From: a virus
Strand: one strand, 5' to 3'
DNA: 64,000 bases
Virus record (IMG/VR): IMGVR_UViG_3300006790_000001
Span: 1-64,000 of that record
Part shown: one piece after another, positions 33,756 through 40,738 of the stretch
How the letters are laid out: each line of letters starts with the position of its first letter
Position numbering within the stretch: the first letter of the stretch is position 1
Program-made: the position numbers and the translations under genes
Notes under the pieces: model-generated
Told to the model about the DNA's origin: nothing
What the model saw: the letters and a program-made list of their open reading frames with translations, nothing else
Database searches by the model: none

Positions 33756-33781
33756 GGAATAGATCGCACCAAGCCGATGTT
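33756..33781 (+). promoter_or_regulatory. ECF (SigR/SigH-type)-like promoter P4 (near-leaderless)
   Basis: GGAATAGATCGCACCAAGCCGATGTT matches GGAAT-N18-GTT. GTG 33787 and ATG 33793 follow 5-11 nt after GTT with no Shine-Dalgarno sequence. Confidence 0.55.
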
Positions 33782-33792
33782 GACCCGTGTGT

Positions 33793-35151
33793 ATGACTCC
33801 CTTCGCCGCCACCACCACCACCGTCGAGGTCACCGACCTCCCCAAGATTCGCAAGCGTTTCGAGAAGCTCGCCGCCAAGGCGGGCTCTCTTGACGTTGCG
33901 GCCCCGGTCCTGGAGGTCAGCGCCCCTCGCGAGATCGACGTCAACGGTTGGGCCGTCGAGGTCGCCGACGTCACTGTCGTGATCCCTGAGACGGTCGTGA
34001 TCCCCGGCGGCTGGCGACTGGTCGCCGCCATCGACGTGACCGAGGCGGGCAACGTGATCCGCAGCTTCCGGCCCGAGGTCCCGGCGTCGCTCCACTACGT
34101 GGCGGGCACCCGCTGCGACCACTGCCACCGCTCGATCAAGCGGAAGTTCCTGGTCGCCCTTGAGTCCGCGGTCGGCGAGCTTGTCGTCATCGGCAAGACC
34201 TGCTCGGCCGAGTTCATCGGCCTCGACCTCGACGCCCTGCTCGCCTGGTACGGCTTCGGCTGGGCCATCGAGCCCTTCACCCCCGACGAGGAGGGTTTCG
34301 ACGGCAGCGGTGGCGGGGGCAAGGTCTGGACCGCTCGGTTCGTGGACGCCGCCGCCGAGGCGATCAACTACTTCGGCTACAGCAAGGCCAGCAACTGGGA
34401 CACGTCGACCAAGTCCGACGCTCTCGCCGCTTACCGGCCGAGCCGCCACTGGATGGAGGCCATCGAGGGCCTGGAGATGAAGGGCTCGATCTCGGGCGCT
34501 GAGGCTCTGGCCTGGGCCAAGGCGATCGAGCCCCGCAACGATTTCGAGTCGAACCTGCGGGTGGTCGCCCACAGCTCGACCCTCGACCCCCGCTGGTACG
34601 GCATCGCCGCCTTCATCCCCGAGGGCTACCGCCGTCACATCGAGGCCGAAGCGGTTCGGATCGAGAAGGCCAAGAACGAGGCCCCCAAGGTTCGGGTCCC
34701 TGACTTCGACGGTCGGGCCACGATCGAGGGTGTCGTGATCTCCACCAAGACGGTCGAGAACGACTTCGGCATCAGCTACAAGATGCTGGTCGAGGTCGCC
34801 GCCGAGGGTGGCGCTTTCCGCCTCTTCGGCACCGAGCCCCGAGGTCTCGACGTTGAGGCCGGTGACCGGGTCCGGTTCACCGCTCGGGTCGAGCGCTCGG
34901 ATCGGGACGAGACCTTCGGCTTCTTCTCCCGCCCGACCAAGGCTGTTAACCTGACCGCCGAGGCGCTGCTCGCTGACCGCATCGCCAAGGGCATGCCGGA
35001 GATGGCCTGCGGTCACACCGCCGACTCGCTCAGCCGGGACGAGAGCGGCCCCAACGGCATCGCCGTTTACTGCTCCCGCTGCCTCTGCTACGTCGGTGCT
35101 CCCACTGTCGAAGAGAGGGCGGCCCGGGCACGCTTGCTGGAGAACGCATGA
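33793..35151 (+). CDS. hypothetical protein (452 aa) with a Cys/His cluster and an OB-fold-like C-terminal region
   Basis: Largest ORF in the early block. It contains the motif HCDHCHRSIKRK....GKTCSAEF. The start could be GTG 33787 or ATG 33793. Confidence 0.55.
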   Translation: MTPFAATTTTVEVTDLPKIRKRFEKLAAKAGSLDVAAPVLEVSAPREIDVNGWAVEVADVTVVIPETVVIPGGWRLVAAIDVTEAGNVIRSFRPEVPASLHYVAGTRCDHCHRSIKRKFLVALESAVGELVVIGKTCSAEFIGLDLDALLAWYGFGWAIEPFTPDEEGFDGSGGGGKVWTARFVDAAAEAINYFGYSKASNWDTSTKSDALAAYRPSRHWMEAIEGLEMKGSISGAEALAWAKAIEPRNDFESNLRVVAHSSTLDPRWYGIAAFIPEGYRRHIEAEAVRIEKAKNEAPKVRVPDFDGRATIEGVVISTKTVENDFGISYKMLVEVAAEGGAFRLFGTEPRGLDVEAGDRVRFTARVERSDRDETFGFFSRPTKAVNLTAEALLADRIAKGMPEMACGHTADSLSRDESGPNGIAVYCSRCLCYVGAPTVEERAARARLLENA

Positions 35152-35183
35152 ATCGGAACAACCCAACAAGAGAGGAACCACAC

Positions 35184-35486
35184 ATGGAAACTGAAACCTT
35201 CACACCGCGAGAGCACTCCGCACCCGAGAGGTGGCCCGCACCGGGCGACAATCTCGGCGAGGGAAGGACCGTGCTCGACTTCCGACCCATCTACAGCGGT
35301 GGCCCTGGGTCGTACGCTTACGGCACCGGGCTCTTCGTCCGGGAAGGCAAGCGCGTCCATCCGTTCGCGATCTGGTCGAGCGTCGTCTGGAACGACGACC
35401 GCGAGGAGTGGGTCATGGAGAGCGGCTCGTACTTCCACTCCCTGACCGAGGCGGTCCGCAGCTTCAGCGATCGGAACGACCGATGA
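35184..35486 (+). CDS. hypothetical protein (100 aa; alternative ATGA-coupled start 35148)
   Basis: ATG 35184 is preceded by the conserved CAACC/AGAGAGG junction. Confidence 0.5.
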   Translation: METETFTPREHSAPERWPAPGDNLGEGRTVLDFRPIYSGGPGSYAYGTGLFVREGKRVHPFAIWSSVVWNDDREEWVMESGSYFHSLTEAVRSFSDRNDR

Positions 35487-35848
35487 GCGTTCTCGCTGTT
35501 CTTCATCCGAGCGGCGAGTGGTCGCTCCCCGAGGTCCCCGACGGTCCGGTCAGTCTCGCCACGACGCAAGAACTGGTCGGCGGGCTGGTCGAGGTCGTCG
35601 GCACGATCCTTGAACATGCCCTGCCCGAAGGGGTCGAGATGCTCATGAATGAGGAAGGGTTATTGATCGGCCTAGAGGAGAACGTGTTCGTTCCCGAGTG
35701 GACCGGGCACACCAACTTCGGCGCAGGTTTCCGAGGCCCGCTAGCGTTCGTTCGCTTCGACCTGGAGACCGGCAATCACTTGCCGCTGACCGAGGGCGAC
35801 GTCGAGTTTCTGCGCCGCCGAGAGATCGAGCTGGCGGCGCTCCGTTAG
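35483..35848 (+). CDS. DUF3846-like protein
   Basis: 121 aa. The pattern ..LATTQELVGGLVEVV.....MLMNEEGLLIGLEEN.. resembles DUF3846 from memory. ATG 35483 lies within an ATGA overlap. Confidence 0.45.
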   Translation: MSVLAVLHPSGEWSLPEVPDGPVSLATTQELVGGLVEVVGTILEHALPEGVEMLMNEEGLLIGLEENVFVPEWTGHTNFGAGFRGPLAFVRFDLETGNHLPLTEGDVEFLRRREIELAALR

Positions 35849-36324
35849 TTGGAGCTGACGTCAATCGAGGTGGCCCGAAGGGCAGCCTTCTCCGCAAGCC
35901 GCTCCAGAATCGCAATCTGATTCTGGGCGGCTTCTTGCGGTTCTTGCGTGATCTGAAGAGCGTGGACCGTCGTCGGATCTCCGAGGACAGACAGCATCGA
36001 GTCGTTCGCAAGCTTCGCAGCCCGCATCAGCCGCTCGATGTCTTCCGCCGTGTAATCGGCGACCTGCCCGGCCAAGCAAGCGAGGATCCGATCCTGGATC
36101 GCTTCGATCGTGTCGGCGTAGCCTGCAGCGATTCCGGCTTTGCGGCCGACAACTTGGCGGAAGCCGACCATCGCGTTGACGGCGTTGACTTCGTGCATCC
36201 GATCGATATCGCCGGTCCGACTCATCAGAGCCGTTAGCGCCAGCTCTTTGCCGCGCGAAAGTCCTTTCGGGATCTCTCCCGTTTCCACGGCTTTCGCAGC
36301 AAGAATCTCTAGCTCGTCGCTCAT
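35845..36324 (-). CDS. hypothetical helical protein (159 aa), minus strand
   Basis: Track ORF. Its stop (TAA, complement of 35845-35847) overlaps the TAG (35846-35848) of the convergent + gene. Coupled to the upstream minus-strand ORF. Confidence 0.5.
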   Translation of the reverse strand: MSDELEILAAKAVETGEIPKGLSRGKELALTALMSRTGDIDRMHEVNAVNAMVGFRQVVGRKAGIAAGYADTIEAIQDRILACLAGQVADYTAEDIERLMRAAKLANDSMLSVLGDPTTVHALQITQEPQEAAQNQIAILERLAEKAALRATSIDVSSN

Positions 36325-36833
36325 GGCAATATCAAACCAGGCGTCTTCGCTTCGGCAGCTGATTTCGTTGCCGCAAGAGTTCCGGCTTCCCGCTCCTTCA
36401 CGATCAGCGCACGAATTTCTTCGACCATCGGCGTCTCGATCGCCCCGGCCTCAGCGACAGCCGTAGTGAAGTCCATCAACGACATCTGCAAAGCAACCTT
36501 CAGGCCGTCAAGCGTCACCGAGCCCTGAGCCGCAGCGCCGGTCATAACGTCCCGTCGAGCAGTGTTCTCAATCACAACGCCGACCGTCTTGATGATCGAC
36601 GGCATGAACTGAATCAACGCATCCACCGCATCGAATTCAAGAAGCTTCTCCAGTTCCCGCATCACGGAATGGGGCGGCTGATTAGCGTGATAGATCGACT
36701 CGCCTTCGGTTAGGGCAAGGCCAGAAGCCTTTGACGAACTAGCCAGGGCAACGGTCGTCCCCCGGACAGTTCCCTCTTCCTCGACAGATGTAGTTGGGTT
36801 GTCCATGAAGGCGAGGTTAGACGTTGAATGCAT
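36321..36833 (-). CDS. hypothetical helical protein (170 aa; alternative start 36806), minus strand
   Basis: Track ORF with a 4-nt overlap to 35845..36324. Divergent from the structural operon. Confidence 0.45.
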   Translation of the reverse strand: MHSTSNLAFMDNPTTSVEEEGTVRGTTVALASSSKASGLALTEGESIYHANQPPHSVMRELEKLLEFDAVDALIQFMPSIIKTVGVVIENTARRDVMTGAAAQGSVTLDGLKVALQMSLMDFTTAVAEAGAIETPMVEEIRALIVKEREAGTLAATKSAAEAKTPGLILP

Positions 36834-36879
36834 GCTTAACTAGATGCGATCATGTAGGTCGATGCCGAGGAGGGCGTCC

Positions 36880-38124
36880 ATGACCATTAACTTCTCTTTC
36901 CCCGGCACTTGCGGAACCGATGCCGGGCCGAACTCTGACGGCGTCCTTGTCGGCTCTCTCGCAGAGTCGGCGATCGCAACGGCGCTTCTTGAATCCCGTG
37001 CGGGCAGCTCGCTTGTCATCACCGATGACGGCGGGCTCTACGTCAATGAAACGACCCCGGCCAACGAAGCAACGGCCGACGACGTCGAGATCGTCGGAGC
37101 CACCCTGGCCGCCAACGATGCGATCTATTTCGGCGCTTCGGCCGAGTTCACCGAGATCCTCATCAACATCACGACCCAGGGCGACTACACGGACCCGGTA
37201 TGGGCGTGGGAGTACTGGAACGGAACGGCATGGACGGCCGTAGCGAACCTCGTTGACGGCACCAGCTTCTGGGAGGCCGCAGCAGGAACGGTTCAGGTCA
37301 GCTACGACGCCCCGACCGACTGGGCTCAGAACACCGTCGACAACGTTCTCGCCTACTGGGTGCGGGCCAACTGCACGTCGGTCACAGCGACCGTTACACA
37401 GTGCCTCATCGGCCAGGTGTGGATCGTCGGAGCGACCCCCGCTTTCACGAACGACACGGTCGACATCAACGACGCTGACGTCGGCGACGTCGATGCGCTC
37501 CCGGCTACCGCAGCTCTCAACGACGCCTTCTACTACGGCATGGGAGAGAAGTTCTGCAAGCTGAAGATCACGACATCGCAGGCCCGCACCGGCACGGCGA
37601 CTCTCACCTGGGAGTACTGGAACGGCTCCGCATGGGCCGCTCTCGCCACCGTCGAAGACAAGTCGGACGGCTACGCTGCGACGGCCGGAACCCACATGGT
37701 TTCGTTCGCCCCGCCCAGCGACTGGGCGGCCAACACCGCAGCCAACGGCCCTGACGGCGAAGCCGGGTTCTTTGTGCGGTCCCGCCTGTCGGCGTTCACT
37801 TCGGTGACTCAGCAGCCGCTCATCACCCAGGCGTTCGCTTTCCCTGTCAGCACCGGAGCGGTCGGCGTGCCCCGCAACGTCGGCGGTCAGGTCACTGACG
37901 TGACTTGCGACGCCATCACTGTTTCAGGCGCTAACAACGACAGCGTGTTCCTTCTGATCAATGCCGACACGGGCGCTTCGGAAGAGTTCACCTGGACCCA
38001 GGCGACCAAGACCGTGGCGAGTGCCATGAGCATCTTCAACTCTCCAGGCGCTTCCTATGTTGTCGCCCAGATCGTTGAAGACGGCACGACTGAATTTGCT
38101 TCGGTGTCGTTCTACGTCCGATAG
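36880..38124 (+). CDS. hypothetical protein with two tandem ~110-aa W-x-YWNG-type beta-sandwich-like repeats, in the slot normally held by the small terminase
   Basis: ATG 36880 is preceded by GAGGAGGG. Repeat 1 is DAIYFGASAEF..ILINI....VWAWEYWNGTAWTAV..LVDGT......GTVQVSYDAPTDWA....YWVRA. Repeat 2 is DAFYYGMGEKF..LKITT....LTWEYWNGSAWAAL..VEDKS......GTHMVSFAPPSDWA....FFVRSRL. Confidence 0.55.
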   Translation: MTINFSFPGTCGTDAGPNSDGVLVGSLAESAIATALLESRAGSSLVITDDGGLYVNETTPANEATADDVEIVGATLAANDAIYFGASAEFTEILINITTQGDYTDPVWAWEYWNGTAWTAVANLVDGTSFWEAAAGTVQVSYDAPTDWAQNTVDNVLAYWVRANCTSVTATVTQCLIGQVWIVGATPAFTNDTVDINDADVGDVDALPATAALNDAFYYGMGEKFCKLKITTSQARTGTATLTWEYWNGSAWAALATVEDKSDGYAATAGTHMVSFAPPSDWAANTAANGPDGEAGFFVRSRLSAFTSVTQQPLITQAFAFPVSTGAVGVPRNVGGQVTDVTCDAITVSGANNDSVFLLINADTGASEEFTWTQATKTVASAMSIFNSPGASYVVAQIVEDGTTEFASVSFYVR

Positions 38125-39699
38125 ATGACAGCGGTTCAAGTCGATAGCGGGCTGTACCTGCCCGACGGTCGCCTTGACTTGGAAGCCGCAAGAGCGCATG
38201 GCGAATTTCTCCTTGGGTTGATGAAGGAAGCTTCGTCACCCGAGGAGATCGCCGCTGTCCAGGCCGCTATCCGAAAGCACGCCCATGTGGTGGCGTTCGA
38301 TTCTCCAGCTCGGCTGGCTGAAGCGACCGACCCGGAGTGGCAGTCAGCGCCTCATCTGGAGCTGATCAGCGACACGATCCGGCGGTCGTTGACCGAACGC
38401 GTGACGGCCATCATCGAGGTGCCGGTCCGTCACGGGAAGAGCGAACTGATCAGCGCTCACGGACCTGCCTGGTATTTAGAGAATGTTCCGAACGGCAAGG
38501 TCATCAGCCTCAGCCACTCGCTTTCCCTTGCGGAGGAATGGGGGCAGCGGAATCGCGACCTGATCGAAGACAACCCAGATCTGTTCTGGGCTGCTCAGGT
38601 CCGGTCAGACAGTCGCCGGATTCAGCAATGGAAGACAACTGCGGGTGGCGTGATGATCAGCGTCGGCGCTCGGGGATCGATCACTGGTAAGGGTGCCAAC
38701 CTGATGCTGGTAGACGACCCCGTGAAAGACGCTGAGCAGGCGTTCAGCCCTGCCTATCGGGAGAAGTTCCGGCGATGGTGGCAGATGACGATCCGTACCC
38801 GCATGCAGCGAGGGGGGTCGATCGTGATCGTGCAGGCTCGTTGGTGCGAGGATGATCTGGCTGGCTGGCTGCAAGAGCATGCGGCTGAGAATCGGTTCGC
38901 TACCCAGTGGGAAGTGATCAGTCTCCCTGCTTTGGCTGAGCCTGGGCCTGAAGAAGCTGAGGCTGATGGTTTCGATCCGCGAAAGTGGCGGGACCCTGTC
39001 GGTCGGAAGATCGGCGATCCGTTGTGGCCTGAGATGTGGAGTGCTGACGAGCTAGAGGTGGCTAAGGCTGACGTCGGCCGGTTGGCTTGGCGGGCGCTCT
39101 ATCAGCAGAAGCCAGTTGATGCTGAAGGGACGTTGTTCCCTGTTGAATCGTGGACGTACGTCGATTCGACCAAGGTCCCGTCGCTCGTGTCGATTATCCG
39201 CAAGTGGGACCTTGCTGCGACGATGGACGAAAGTTCTGACCCTGACTGGACGTGTGGCGTCTTGTTTGGGAGGGACATCCAGGGGTTCAGTTACGTTCTG
39301 GATGTGGTGCGGTTTCGGCAGGGTCCGGCGGCGACTGACCGGATGATTGCTGCGACGGCGAAGCGGGACGGGCTTCAAGTGCCTATCAGCTTTGATCAGG
39401 ATCCGGGTTCGGCTGGTAAGCGAGATGCTGCTTATTTGGCTCGTGAGGTCGTCCCTGGGCACACTGTGAGCTTCGAACCGCCACGGGGTAAGAAGATGGC
39501 TCGGGGGTTTGCTGGTCAGGTGCAGCTTGGGAATGTGCGTCTGGTGAGGGCTGGTTGGAATTATGAGTTCGTGACTGAGCATTCAAAGTTTCCGGGTGGG
39601 CGTCACGATGACATGGTGGATGCCGCTGCTGCAGCGTTTGCGAACACTGTCGATGGGCTTGCTGTGGGTGGGGCGGTCGGCAGCTCGGTTCGCAGCTGA
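38125..39699 (+). CDS. terL: terminase large subunit
   Basis: ATPase motifs: VPVRHGKSEL (Walker A-like) and LMLVDDPVKD (Walker B). Also QARWCEDDLAGWL. C-terminal nuclease motifs: WDLAAT... and GGRHDDMVDAAAAAF. Confidence 0.9.
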   Translation: MTAVQVDSGLYLPDGRLDLEAARAHGEFLLGLMKEASSPEEIAAVQAAIRKHAHVVAFDSPARLAEATDPEWQSAPHLELISDTIRRSLTERVTAIIEVPVRHGKSELISAHGPAWYLENVPNGKVISLSHSLSLAEEWGQRNRDLIEDNPDLFWAAQVRSDSRRIQQWKTTAGGVMISVGARGSITGKGANLMLVDDPVKDAEQAFSPAYREKFRRWWQMTIRTRMQRGGSIVIVQARWCEDDLAGWLQEHAAENRFATQWEVISLPALAEPGPEEAEADGFDPRKWRDPVGRKIGDPLWPEMWSADELEVAKADVGRLAWRALYQQKPVDAEGTLFPVESWTYVDSTKVPSLVSIIRKWDLAATMDESSDPDWTCGVLFGRDIQGFSYVLDVVRFRQGPAATDRMIAATAKRDGLQVPISFDQDPGSAGKRDAAYLAREVVPGHTVSFEPPRGKKMARGFAGQVQLGNVRLVRAGWNYEFVTEHSKFPGGRHDDMVDAAAAAFANTVDGLAVGGAVGSSVRS

Positions 39700-39729
39700 T
39701 GCCCAATTTGGGGGAACTTGCACCGGGTG

Positions 39730-39754
39730 GGAACATACCGGGCGCTGCGGTGTT
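39730..39754 (+). promoter_or_regulatory. ECF (SigH/SigE-type)-like promoter P5
   Basis: GGAACATACCGGGCGCTGCGGTGTT matches GGAAC-N17-GTT. It lies 31 nt after the TerL stop, upstream of a ~0.9-kb ORF-poor region. Confidence 0.4.
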
Positions 39755-40653
39755 GTACCAAGTGACTGCGGGGGCCCGGCCCCCGGGGCGGCGCTCCGTG
39801 CGCCTCCCGGCCGCCGGTCCGTAGTCCACAAGAAGCCCTTCGGGCCCCGAGCGTCCGCTTCGGCGGGTGCAAGGAGTGAGGCCAGAGGTGCCGGTAGGAG
39901 TCCGGCAGCGAGGGGTGGACATGAGATCGAGGGATCGGGTGAGCGCCGAGTGCGTGAGCCCGACACCACGACCCACGGTGCGCACCAAGGCGATTGAGCC
40001 TGGCGCTCCGTCGACCGCCTAGGGCACCGACCGGCTGACGCCGCGTTCTGACACCGGGGGCACCAAAGAGTCGACGGCTAGAGCGTCAGCAGCCGAGCGG
40101 ACACCAACGGTCAGGTGTGATCGGCAGACTCGCCGCTCACCCGATTCCTCGACAGAGATCGATCCCCGGCGATCCGGGGATCGAGGATCGACCGCTCATC
40201 GAGCAACCCGCTGTCGTGATAGCGGCGGGCCAGCCGTAAGCGTCGAAGGAGATCCCATTCGGGCCACTGGCAACTGGTAAGACCAAGCAGCGCCGACGAC
40301 GCAATCCGAGCACTGCTTCATCACGGGTGAGCGGTCGATCCATCGATCTCAGGAGGTAGTGCCCTGCTCCCCGCTCCGGGCTCGGAGAACCGAGCGCCGT
40401 AGAAGCCGGACAGGGTCGGGGCCCAAGAGGCCACCGCCAAACCGAGGGTGCCAATCCCACCACCTCCATTGATCGGCGTTGCAGGGCGTGGCTGCCCTGA
40501 TGGCTGAGGTGAAAGGTCAGCACGGGTCCGGCCGACCCAGGAAGGCGAAAGCCGACGCAAGTTGAAGTTCGCCCGAACCTCTCAGCCCCCGCTTGAAAGG
40601 GGGAGTCCCAGGGCCCAAACAGGGACTCGCATCGGGCTTGATCAAGACAAGAA
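39755..40653 (+). ncRNA. candidate large structured noncoding RNA (class unknown)
   Basis: No credible ORF on either strand; all six-frame ORFs here are Arg/Gly/Pro/Ser-rich and overlap each other. Stable hairpins are dense, including UUCG- and GAAA-type loops. The region is bounded by promoter P5 and a 12-bp terminator hairpin. Confidence 0.35.
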
Positions 40654-40685
40654 GAGACCCGCTCCCCGGGAAAGGAGCGGGTCTC
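40654..40685. terminator. bidirectional intrinsic terminator hairpin
   Basis: GAGACCCGCTCC (40654-40665) pairs perfectly with GGAGCGGGTCTC (40674-40685). The hairpin is flanked by A-rich sequence upstream and TTT downstream. It can serve the + strand region and the minus-strand gene 40739..41257. Confidence 0.6.
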
Positions 40686-40702
40686 TTTGGCATGTTGGTA
40701 GG

Positions 40703-40724
40703 CCAGCCCCCTTGGAAAGGCTGG
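40703..40724 (-). terminator. hairpin just downstream of the minus-strand secreted-protein gene
   Basis: CCAGCC (40703-40708) pairs with GGCTGG (40719-40724), with a 10-nt loop. It lies 15 nt after the stop codon. Confidence 0.35.
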
Positions 40725-40738
40725 TCTCACAACTGTAG

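Noticed and set aside
28150-33790. CRISPR-like array, considered because a ~29-nt motif recurs.
   Set aside because: The copies are ~2 kb apart, imperfect and separated by protein-coding genes. They fit promoters, not repeat-spacer units. No cas genes are present apart from a stand-alone Cas4-like nuclease typical of phages.
35845-36324. Minus-strand 159-aa helical protein as the small terminase.
   Set aside because: The size fits, but the orientation is opposite to TerL and no diagnostic motif was recognised. It is left as hypothetical.
36840-37022. 60-aa minus-strand ORF overlapping the 5' end of gene 36880..38124.
   Set aside because: It overlaps a better-supported + strand gene with a strong RBS. 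It is short and has no RBS.
40351-40468. Possible tRNA gene, based on a GGAGGT...ACCTCC acceptor pairing and a T-arm-like hairpin.
   Set aside because: The span is ~117 nt. No D-arm with conserved GG and no anticodon stem could be drawn. The T-loop deviates at two invariant positions. It is kept only as a low-interest finding.
39700-40470. Phage-encoded tmRNA. CCGTAAGCGTCG at 40234-40245 and the 3' end GGGTGCCAATCCCACCACCTCCA resemble, from memory, parts of actinobacterial ssrA.
   Set aside because: The distance between a possible 5' acceptor strand and the 3' end is about twice the length of a tmRNA. No convincing tag reading frame ending in a hydrophobic ..LAA-type tail was found. My recollection of the reference sequence is unverified.
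39755-40653. ORF-less group II intron.
   Set aside because: GUGCG-like pentamers exist (for example near 39797 and 39950). However, I could not locate a domain V-like 14-bp bulged hairpin with an AGC triad, and TerL appears complete upstream. This cannot be excluded without a covariance-model search.
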